Shown piece by piece: positions 1 to 7,973 of a DNA stretch of 64,000 nucleotides. Made by a program: the position numbers and the translations under genes. The stretch lies in the NCBI GenBank assembly GCA_037441705.1, contig JBBIRR010000021.1, positions 1 through 64,000 on the forward strand, in the 5' to 3' direction. Under the pieces are notes generated by a model. That model had not been told where the DNA came from. It was given only the letters and a program-made list of their open reading frames with translations, and did no database searches. The first letter of the stretch is position 1; each line of letters begins with the position of its first letter. This stretch comes from Ignavibacteriales bacterium. Lineage in GTDB: Bacteria > Bacteroidota > Ignavibacteria > UBA10030 > UBA6906.

Positions 1-369
1 GCGACCGATCACGCTCCGCATTCTTTCGATGACAAACAGGTAGAGTTTCAATTTGCGCCGTTCGGCATTGTGGGTCTTGAGACCGCCGTTGGCCTTGCAA
101 TGACAGAACTCTTTGCAAGGGGTATTCTTTCGTTAAGCCAGATCATTGAGAAACTTTCGACCAATCCTCGTCGCATTCTTCACCTTCCTCCTATCCTTAT
201 TCGTGAAGGCGAAGAGGCCAACCTGACGATCATTGATCCGAGTGTTGAATGGATTGTGGATGTTCAGCGATTCAAATCTAAATCCAAGAACTCGCCCTTC
301 CACGGACGGACACTCATCGGCAAGCCGGTAGGGGTCATCAACAACGGCAGAGTGTATTGGGCGTCTTGA
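1..369 (+). CDS. pyrC: Dihydroorotase, 3' part (5' truncated by window edge)
   Basis: Frame 1 from base 1 reads ATDHAPHSFDDKQVEFQFAPFGIVGLETA...SKSKNSPFHGRTLIG, containing the type I DHOase TDHAPH, PFGIVGLET and SKSKNSPF motifs. Confidence 0.92.
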   Translation, partial: ATDHAPHSFDDKQVEFQFAPFGIVGLETAVGLAMTELFARGILSLSQIIEKLSTNPRRILHLPPILIREGEEANLTIIDPSVEWIVDVQRFKSKSKNSPFHGRTLIGKPVGVINNGRVYWAS

Positions 370-518
370 TTTTTGGACGCCTGCCCTCCATAAGCTACAC
401 CGAACGCCCATCGCTGTTTCGTCGCAACCAGGAAAACCCCGTCTCCTGCATGGCATACCCTTTGCCCAAACGACTAGCGAAAACAGCAACTCATAGATCT
501 TCAATACATGGAGGACAT

Positions 519-1322
519 GTGAGTTTCATACGCACGGCGTGGGTTCTACTCTTGGTGTTGTTTGCAAGCAGCTGCCAGATGTCCAACACGTCTGTGGACC
601 TGACACCGCCCGGTGCACCAACGGGGTTGTGGACCGAAACTGGCGACAACATGATCGAGCTTTTCTGGGACGCGAATCCCGAGCCTGATGTTGCCGGCTA
701 CAACGTTTTTGTCAGCAGCTCGTACAACGGGCGCTATGAGTTGATAGGATCGGTGCGGAGTCCCTACTTCCGTGATGACGGAGCACGCAACGGCAGCACG
801 TACTACTACGCGGTGACTGCTTACGACTACGATGGGAATGAAAGCGAGCTGAGCAGGGATGTCGTCTACGACGTTCCTCGGCCGGAAGGATACGACGTCG
901 TGCTGGACGATTATCGGCGTGTGAGCGCAACATCGGGCTACGATTTCTCGCGTTACAGCGTTGTTCCGTATAACGACCTGTATGCCGACATGTACTTTGA
1001 AAACTATCAAGGAACACTCTACATGAACGTTCGCGAGGATTCCGACATCATTGACATGGGTCCAACGCAGTCGCTGCTCGACATCCGCGAAGCCCCGTCG
1101 TCGGGTTGGTCTCCAACGCACGACGTTCGTCTGGTTGCAGGCCACACGTACATCGTGTGGACGTGGGACGACCACTACGCAAAGTTTCGGGTGACGAACC
1201 TTTCGCCGAGCCGCGTGACGTTTGATTGGGCATATCAACTTCAACGATCGAATCCGTTGTTGAAACGTTCGATCAATACGACGGGGGAGAGGGCGATGGT
1301 CCATCGGGATAAAGAGCGTTAG
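519..1322 (+). CDS. Lipoprotein with FN3-like domain and an uncharacterised C-terminal beta domain
   Basis: GGAGG at 510-514 precedes an in-frame GTG at 519; signal ending FASS-C; PPGAPTGL...W...YNVF...YYYAVTAYD is an FN3 pattern. Confidence 0.75.
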   Translation: MSFIRTAWVLLLVLFASSCQMSNTSVDLTPPGAPTGLWTETGDNMIELFWDANPEPDVAGYNVFVSSSYNGRYELIGSVRSPYFRDDGARNGSTYYYAVTAYDYDGNESELSRDVVYDVPRPEGYDVVLDDYRRVSATSGYDFSRYSVVPYNDLYADMYFENYQGTLYMNVREDSDIIDMGPTQSLLDIREAPSSGWSPTHDVRLVAGHTYIVWTWDDHYAKFRVTNLSPSRVTFDWAYQLQRSNPLLKRSINTTGERAMVHRDKER

Positions 1323-1531
1323 GCCTTTTCAACCTCGCCTTAGCGGTGGGTACGGGTGCTGTTGGTGCTGAGGATGGTGGGAGTGATTGGGTGGTCGGGT
1401 GAAGTTGGGCAAGGCGAGGGATGGGACAATGGAGAAGTCAGGTGCCGCGTGTACGGACTTGATGGTGGCCGGACAGGCGGTGCCGTTCTCCATTGGCTTT
1501 TTCTCTCACCTCTTACTTATTGGAGGCTGCT

Positions 1532-2275
1532 ATGAAATGGCTGATGTGTTTCCTGTTGTTTGTTATTTCTGTACCAGGCGCCGATGCCCAGCGGCGCGAC
1601 ATAGGCAATAGCGGGCGCGGCAGTGCGCTCACGCCTTCGGGTCAAACGCAACGGCCACCGCGTTCCGAGCCTTCACGGAGCGACGCGCCTGCACAACAAC
1701 CGCCGCCACCCTCGTGTCAGCCCCCCGTCTGGATTATGCCCACACCAATCATCCCCATTGTCATCGAGAGTCCCGTGGACGTTTCTCAGACCGATATCGT
1801 CGAGTCTGCACCCGATCGTGAGACACCGGAAGAGGAGCAGAGTGAGCAGAGCGTTTTGCACGACCGCAATAGCCATCCTGACAGAGCGGGATTGGATTTT
1901 TCCTCCGGTGAAGTTGTGGCCGATGCTGATGAAGAAGGCGACGTCTATTTTGTTGTTGATGGGGACGGCCCTCAGTTTGTGGTGAAGGATGATACTGATA
2001 TTCAGGAGATTGGGAAAGGAGAGGAGCCGCTTGAGTCTGTTTCCTATTCATCAACAGATTGGTCACCGGCCCATCGCGTTCCCCTCCAGGCGAATGCGCG
2101 CTATGTGATTTGGACGTGGGACAATCAGTATTTTGCCTTTCGTGTCGTTCTTCTTGCCGAGCATCGTGTCGCGCTCGAGTGGAAGCGCCTCAGCGGCGGT
2201 GCAAAGCTTGCGGCCAACATTGCCTATCGCACGGGCACACATCATCGTGAGCAGCCACCAAAGTTCGGACGGTAG
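1532..2275 (+). CDS. Exported protein with Pro-rich N-terminal region; C-terminal domain paralogous to the upstream lipoprotein
   Basis: GGAGG then ATG at 1532; signal peptide MKWLMCFLLFVISVPGADA; WSPAHRVPL...YVIWTWDNQYFAFRV matches WSPTHDVRL...YIVWTWDDHYAKFRV of the previous gene. Confidence 0.7.
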   Translation: MKWLMCFLLFVISVPGADAQRRDIGNSGRGSALTPSGQTQRPPRSEPSRSDAPAQQPPPPSCQPPVWIMPTPIIPIVIESPVDVSQTDIVESAPDRETPEEEQSEQSVLHDRNSHPDRAGLDFSSGEVVADADEEGDVYFVVDGDGPQFVVKDDTDIQEIGKGEEPLESVSYSSTDWSPAHRVPLQANARYVIWTWDNQYFAFRVVLLAEHRVALEWKRLSGGAKLAANIAYRTGTHHREQPPKFGR

Positions 2276-2329
2276 ATTGATTTTTTCTGGCGATTGAGTT
2301 TTATTGACAGCACCAACCCAACGAGTGCC

Positions 2330-2746
2330 ATGCGTCGCATACTTATGTTCGTCCATTGCCTGTTTCTTGCTGGAGTGATTTCAGCTCAAGAGCAGCCCCG
2401 CCCGAAGGATTTTCGGATCATATTCGAGGAGATTCAGCAGGGCCTTGAAACGGGAAATGTTGCGCTGTTCTCAGCGCGGCTCGGCACGCAGGTGCAGGTG
2501 AACCTAAAGAATGCCGAAAGCGGGTACTACAGCGCCAATCACGCTTACTACATTCTCGAGAAATACCTGAAAACGCGTAAAGTGTTGAGCATGGAGTTTT
2601 CAGGCGTGGGCGAGAATGAGGGGATTCCGTTTGCCACAGGTTCGATCGTGTTCACTCACAAGGGCACGCGCGAAGTCGCTCAGGTGTACGTCTCGCTCAT
2701 GGCATCAGAAACGGGTTGGGTGATTGCTGAAATCACTGTGTACTGA
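2330..2746 (+). CDS. DUF4783-like exported protein
   Basis: Signal peptide; pattern FEEIQQGLETGNVALFS...GYYSANHAYYILEKYL resembles the Bacteroidota DUF4783 family. Confidence 0.6.
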   Translation: MRRILMFVHCLFLAGVISAQEQPRPKDFRIIFEEIQQGLETGNVALFSARLGTQVQVNLKNAESGYYSANHAYYILEKYLKTRKVLSMEFSGVGENEGIPFATGSIVFTHKGTREVAQVYVSLMASETGWVIAEITVY

Positions 2747-2752
2747 CGAGCG

Positions 2753-5700
2753 ATGCTCTCTACATTACGGTCGGGGCTCTCACTCGAAAACATACAAAGA
2801 CGATCCTTGGGAATCGTCTTTGTTGTTTTGGGAGCGTTGGGTGCATCCTACGTGACCGAGCGCTTGATGCTCTCGTACTACGAACGGAACTGGGCCTCCA
2901 TTGTTGAGGAAAAGAGCGCCGCGCAGCTGGAGGCGGTCAAGCGCGCATTCGTTTTGGTGCAACGGAACACCCGACGCATTGCGGCCGAGCTGGCCCGCCA
3001 CGAAGATGTAACCTCCTATCTCGTCGGACGATCCACGAACCTCGGCGCGGTGTTCGAACGGGCAGCGCGCGTGGCGGAGCTGCAGGATGTCGGCGTTGAA
3101 ATCTACGACACGAACGGGACGCTCATCGCATGGCACGGAAGAAGCGGTACTGTTAACCCCCGTGAAATTCGGACTGCCCTGCGCGGCGAGCTGACATCCT
3201 ATGTTACTCGCGGCCCTATCTTTTCCCATCTCTTCGTCATCACTCCGGTACGTAGTGAAGGAGCCTACTACGGCGCGGTGCTTGTCCGTACGGCGGTGGA
3301 GGTGAATTATCCGCTCAGCAACAAATTCATCCGGCGTGCCGGCCTTTCGGAACAGTTGAGCAGAGAGTTAGGGGTGAATGTTGAGCTGAGCTATGGTGAT
3401 GACGTTGAACCGCGCAAGGACGGACGCTACATCTCCTCCGTGATTCATGGAATTGATGGGCGCAAACTGGGCGTTGCAACGATCTTGCGTCTGTCGCGGT
3501 CGGCGTACCTCGAACGCATTGCCGCAACGTTTATTCAACTCAACGCGGGTCTCCTGCTGATTCTTGTCAGCTTCCTTACGTTCCTCGCTGCTCGATGGTT
3601 GGCGCGGCAATCATCGCTGTTGCTGCGCTGCTTATTGATCACCGGTCTTGTGTGGTCCGTCCGATACGTGCTCCTCTGGCTGGACATTCCTTCCGTGTTT
3701 CTTACCGTGAGTGTTTTCAATCCGGGCTACTTTGCATCCAAGTTCGGCGGCGGGCTGGCAAAGTCCATCGGCGACATGACGCTGACAGCCGTGGCGTTGT
3801 TTACGAACGTTGCATTGATTGCACGGTTAGTGACGGTGCGGATTCAGCGTGCCGCGCTCTGGCGGCCGCCGTCTATTCTCCTTCAGCTACTCATCGGTCT
3901 CCTGTTTACCGCCTTTGTGTTCCTTGCGCTGCGCGGTGTTGCAGCCGTTATCCGCAGTGCGGTGTACGACTCGGCGCTGCGGTTTAACGACCCGACCGTG
4001 ATCATTCCATCCTTCGAGCTTGGGCTGATGGTGTTCAACATCTTCGTTATCAGCTTTTGCCTGATTGTGGTTGCCGCAGGGCTTACGTGGTATCTGGCGT
4101 CGATGTTTGAAACCGGCCTGAAGCGCAAACGCTCTCCCGCGTTTGGTTGGGGAGCGGTTCTTCTCCTCTATACCATCGCCGGAGTGGGGTTTCAGTTTGT
4201 GCAGGAAACCCCCTTGCTTTCGATCCCGTTTCGGCTTTCGTTCGGTCTCGCGATCCTTCTCTTCACATTCTTCCTTCGCTCAGGAAAGAAAAAAGGAACA
4301 TCGCCGCTGACCTTCTCTCATGCCGTGATCGTTCTTGCCCTCTCGGCGCTCTTTTTCTATCCCGTGCTTGATGAAGCGATCCATGAACGAGATCGAGAAC
4401 GGGTGGAGGGATTCGCTCGTGACGTGCTTCGTCCAACCGATGCCTGGATCAAATACGTCGTTGAAGAATCTCTCCATCAATTCCTGACCGATGAAGCGTT
4501 GGATGTTCTTCTGTATGGTTCGCGGGAAGAAATCGAACGGCTTCCCTTCACGTGCTGGGCCATGAGTATGGCAGGGCGTCAGGGATACAATTGCTTGTTC
4601 GCCGTGCTCACGCCTTCAGGCGAAGAACTGAGTCGCTTCGCGATCGGCGAGCAGGTTCCAGAAACGTCCAGCGGTCTCCGAAGTGTCCTCGAGACGAGAG
4701 AGGGTAAAGTACGTGTTCAGCAAATCGGTTCGGGTGTCAACGCTGTTCGTGTGTACTCAGGCTCGATCCCTATCGTTGCGGCGGATAGCCTGCTGGGGTA
4801 CGGGGTGGTCACGATTTCCGCGGGGCAGTTGTTCCTCTTCAGAGACGAAGCACCAACCGTCTTTCGCATTTCGTCTCAGGAAAACATCGAATCGTTCTCT
4901 CGCTCCATTGCGTTTTGTGAATTCCGAGGAGACTCTCTTGTTGCTTCGACAATCGAGCTGCCGTTGGGGTATCGTCTTCCTGCTGCGGTTGTAGCTGCTT
5001 TTCGCGATTCGACGAAAACGTCTTTGTGGGTCGAGGAAAGTCTTGGGGAGAAAAGCTATGAGGCGTATTTCGTCCGTCGTCCGGAGGCAGCCAATCAGAT
5101 ACTCGGCCTGTATCTGGAACGACTCGGAATACAGTGGCATCTCTTGGGAGTCGTCAGGACGATGGTCTATTATGCGATTGTGTTGATCGGTGCCCTCAGC
5201 CTTGTGCTGCTGACGCGCTGGGTTCAGAGAAATCCCTATCGCCTGATCTTTCGCGACAAATTGCTCATTGCTTTTCTTGTAATTGCCCTTGTGCCGGTGC
5301 TGATCATCGCAGCCTATATTCGCATGTTTGCCTCCGAACGTCGGGACGAACTCCTTGCAGAACGATTGAAACACGAGACTGCGCAAGTCGAGCGAGCGCT
5401 GCTCAGCGAGCAGGAAGGAGAGGCGCAACCACGCGCGGAGCTGTTAGCGGCTACGATGGGGTTGGATTTTAACTACTATGTCGGCAACACGATGGCAATC
5501 AGCAGTCGTCGAGAGTTGTACGATACGGGGATTCTCGATCGCCGGTTGAGCGGCTCGGCGTATGCTGGGATTTTCCTCCGGGGTGAGCGCTTTCACGTCG
5601 AGACGGAGAATATTGGATTGTACCGCTATGCCGTTGGCTACAGGCCGCTGATTGGCGGGGACGGAAATATTGAAGGCCTCATCGCCGTGCCCGCTTTGTA

Positions 5701-6682
5701 TCGGCAGGAGGAAATTGATGAGGAAGTAGCTCGGACGAATGCGCTGCTGTTCGGTGTCTATGCCATCATCGTGCTTGTGGTAACGGTGATTGCGACGACA
5801 CTGGCAAACCGTATTGCAGCACCGATCCACTCGCTCACCGAAGCGACCAAGCATGTCTCGTACGGCGACCTTGACGTCAAGGTTCGTGCAAACGCCGACG
5901 GCGAAATCGGCGAGCTGATTCGATCGTTTGAAGCGATGACGCGCGACCTGAAACGCAGCCGCGAGCATCTCGTTCAGTACGAACGGGAAATTGCCTGGAA
6001 GGAAATGGCGAAGCAGGTGGCGCATGAGATCAAGAATCCGCTCACACCGATGAAGCTCGCCCTGCAGCACCTCCAGCAAACCTATCGGGACAAAGTGGAG
6101 AACTTCGACGAGATCTTCGAAGAAGTCAGCCAGATGGTCATCCGACAGGTGGACGCGCTCAGTCGGATTGCGTCGGAGTTCTCACGGTTCGCCCGCATGC
6201 CGAAAGCGCATCTTGAGCAGTGCAGTGTGAATGATGTCGTACGTGAAGCCGCAAGCCTTTTCGAACAGGACAAGCGAGTGACGCTGGAACAGCGCCTCGA
6301 CCCGCACCTGCCGCCCATCATGGCGGACAGAGAAGAGCTTCGCCGCGCGTTCATCAATATCATTCGCAACGGTGTTCAGGCGATGGGGAACGAGGGCAGA
6401 ATTATCGTAACAACATCAAGGCAGGGGCATGACATTGAAGTTCGCATTCAGGATTTCGGCAGCGGCATTCCCGACGAAATAAAAGGCAAGCTCTTCCAGC
6501 CGAATTTCTCTACCAAGACCGACGGCATGGGACTCGGCCTTGCCATCGTCAAGAAAACGATCGACGATTTGAACGGTACGATCGAAATCGTCAGTGAAGC
6601 CAACCGGGGCACAACCGTCATCATTCGCATTCCTTTTGTAGAACCCTCCTCACATGAATCATCCACCCATACTGCAGGCTGA
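2753..6682 (+). CDS. Large multi-TM sensor histidine kinase (NtrY-like; HAMP-HisKA-HATPase)
   Basis: HAMP (PIHSLTEAT...DGEIGELIRSF), H-box AKQVAHEIKNPLTP, N-box NIIRNGVQAM, DFGSGI, FQPNFSTKTDGMGLGL; many TM helices. Confidence 0.92.
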   Translation: MLSTLRSGLSLENIQRRSLGIVFVVLGALGASYVTERLMLSYYERNWASIVEEKSAAQLEAVKRAFVLVQRNTRRIAAELARHEDVTSYLVGRSTNLGAVFERAARVAELQDVGVEIYDTNGTLIAWHGRSGTVNPREIRTALRGELTSYVTRGPIFSHLFVITPVRSEGAYYGAVLVRTAVEVNYPLSNKFIRRAGLSEQLSRELGVNVELSYGDDVEPRKDGRYISSVIHGIDGRKLGVATILRLSRSAYLERIAATFIQLNAGLLLILVSFLTFLAARWLARQSSLLLRCLLITGLVWSVRYVLLWLDIPSVFLTVSVFNPGYFASKFGGGLAKSIGDMTLTAVALFTNVALIARLVTVRIQRAALWRPPSILLQLLIGLLFTAFVFLALRGVAAVIRSAVYDSALRFNDPTVIIPSFELGLMVFNIFVISFCLIVVAAGLTWYLASMFETGLKRKRSPAFGWGAVLLLYTIAGVGFQFVQETPLLSIPFRLSFGLAILLFTFFLRSGKKKGTSPLTFSHAVIVLALSALFFYPVLDEAIHERDRERVEGFARDVLRPTDAWIKYVVEESLHQFLTDEALDVLLYGSREEIERLPFTCWAMSMAGRQGYNCLFAVLTPSGEELSRFAIGEQVPETSSGLRSVLETREGKVRVQQIGSGVNAVRVYSGSIPIVAADSLLGYGVVTISAGQLFLFRDEAPTVFRISSQENIESFSRSIAFCEFRGDSLVASTIELPLGYRLPAAVVAAFRDSTKTSLWVEESLGEKSYEAYFVRRPEAANQILGLYLERLGIQWHLLGVVRTMVYYAIVLIGALSLVLLTRWVQRNPYRLIFRDKLLIAFLVIALVPVLIIAAYIRMFASERRDELLAERLKHETAQVERALLSEQEGEAQPRAELLAATMGLDFNYYVGNTMAISSRRELYDTGILDRRLSGSAYAGIFLRGERFHVETENIGLYRYAVGYRPLIGGDGNIEGLIAVPALYRQEEIDEEVARTNALLFGVYAIIVLVVTVIATTLANRIAAPIHSLTEATKHVSYGDLDVKVRANADGEIGELIRSFEAMTRDLKRSREHLVQYEREIAWKEMAKQVAHEIKNPLTPMKLALQHLQQTYRDKVENFDEIFEEVSQMVIRQVDALSRIASEFSRFARMPKAHLEQCSVNDVVREAASLFEQDKRVTLEQRLDPHLPPIMADREELRRAFINIIRNGVQAMGNEGRIIVTTSRQGHDIEVRIQDFGSGIPDEIKGKLFQPNFSTKTDGMGLGLAIVKKTIDDLNGTIEIVSEANRGTTVIIRIPFVEPSSHESSTHTAG

Positions 6683-7394
6683 AAGTTTTCTCGGACACGA
6701 TTCCGTCCTGTGTGCCATGAGCACGCGGCAAGGAGGGGTGAGCCCCCAACCGTATGGCCTGAACCTCTCGTTCCGCGTCGGAGATGCGGATGAGAATGTG
6801 GAAAGGAATCGGGAACTTTTCCTGGGCAGACTCGGAGTCGGCAGAGATGAACTTGCCATTCCACATCAGGTTCATAGTTCTGTCGTGAAGAGTGTGGATC
6901 ATCCGGGAATCTATGAACAGTGCGATGCACTCGTTTCCAACAGGCGTAGAGTATTCCTCTGTGTGAGTGTGGCCGACTGCGTTCCTATTTTTTTGTTTGA
7001 GAAGAAACAATCGGTTGTTGCAGCAATCCATGCAGGCTGGAGGGGAAGTCTCCATCGGATCGTTGAACGCACAGTAGAGCTGATGGTTCACCACTATGCG
7101 TGCAATCCTTCGGACATGATTGCTTACATAGGCCCATCAGCGCGGAGCTGTTGCTATGAGGTTGGCAAGGAAGTCGCCCGGCGTTTCGCCACAGATTTCA
7201 TCAGGAAAGAGCGTGAGAGATTCTTCCTCGACCTGAAGAACTCAAACCTTGCTCAGTTGACCCAGTCAGGCGTGCCTGTCTCTGGCATTGAGATATCAGA
7301 GCATTGCACCATCTGTGAGCCTGCGCTGTTTCATTCCTACCGGCGTGACGGACAAAAATCAGGTCGGATGTTGGGAGTGATAGGGCTTCTTTAG
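6654..7394 (+). CDS. pgeF: YfiH/PgeF family (peptidoglycan editing factor / purine nucleoside phosphorylase, laccase-like)
   Basis: STRQGGVS, HQVHS, VADCVPI, AAIHAGWRG, IGPSARSCCYEVG, FHSYRRDG...GRM motifs. Confidence 0.92.
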   Translation: MNHPPILQAESFLGHDSVLCAMSTRQGGVSPQPYGLNLSFRVGDADENVERNRELFLGRLGVGRDELAIPHQVHSSVVKSVDHPGIYEQCDALVSNRRRVFLCVSVADCVPIFLFEKKQSVVAAIHAGWRGSLHRIVERTVELMVHHYACNPSDMIAYIGPSARSCCYEVGKEVARRFATDFIRKERERFFLDLKNSNLAQLTQSGVPVSGIEISEHCTICEPALFHSYRRDGQKSGRMLGVIGLL

Positions 7395-7422
7395 ACATAG
7401 GCCGGTTTTAATCTCACCGCCG

Positions 7423-7896
7423 TCATTCGAGCCCCACCTCTTTGAGCCAGCCCGGATTGTACTTGCTTGCAAGGGAGAGGATCATCGTGCGCAGCCGCAC
7501 TAAGGATTCGGGAAGGCGAGATGTTTTCCCGATGTCCATGTTGCGCGTCGAGCCATCGTAGGAAGCCGTGATGCGGACGTCCGGTGCATCGTGCAGGCGT
7601 TCAGCGGCTGGTTCTTCCATCTTCAAGAAATCAATCGAGCGAAGATACGTGAGCATCTCGCTGGCTTCTTCAGATTGACGCAGCTTGTAGGTTTGCTCGA
7701 ACGGCTGAGCCTGCCCCGGCGTTGCACTACGAAGATGAAGTTCGTCCCGCGTGACAGTAATCGAGATGTCTTGTCGCGTCAAATAGCTTTTGGAGGAGAA
7801 GTGGACGCGAAAGTCGGCCTGTGAGGTTGCTGCCGGCTTGCTCGTGCATCCGATAGCAAAGAGGAGATAGCATAGAGCTGTGTGGAGGGTTTTCAT
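7423..7896 (-). CDS. Small lipoprotein of unknown function
   Basis: MKTLHTALCYLLFAIG-C lipobox; 157 aa ORF directly downstream of and co-oriented with the beta-propeller gene. Confidence 0.65.
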   Translation of the reverse strand: MKTLHTALCYLLFAIGCTSKPAATSQADFRVHFSSKSYLTRQDISITVTRDELHLRSATPGQAQPFEQTYKLRQSEEASEMLTYLRSIDFLKMEEPAAERLHDAPDVRITASYDGSTRNMDIGKTSRLPESLVRLRTMILSLASKYNPGWLKEVGLE

Positions 7897-7920
7897 CGTC
7901 TGTACTCGTTGGAGATAAAG

Positions 7921-7951
7921 GGATAACCCGCCCTGTTCAGACGGGTTATCC
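7921..7951 (-). terminator. Stem-loop after the beta-propeller gene (terminator or mRNA stabiliser)
   Basis: GGATAACCCG (7921-7930) and CGGGTTATCC (7942-7951) form a perfect 10-bp inverted repeat 22 nt after the stop codon; short T-rich tail on the - strand. Confidence 0.55.
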
Positions 7952-7973
7952 GTTGGTTGTTGTCAACTCAGAC

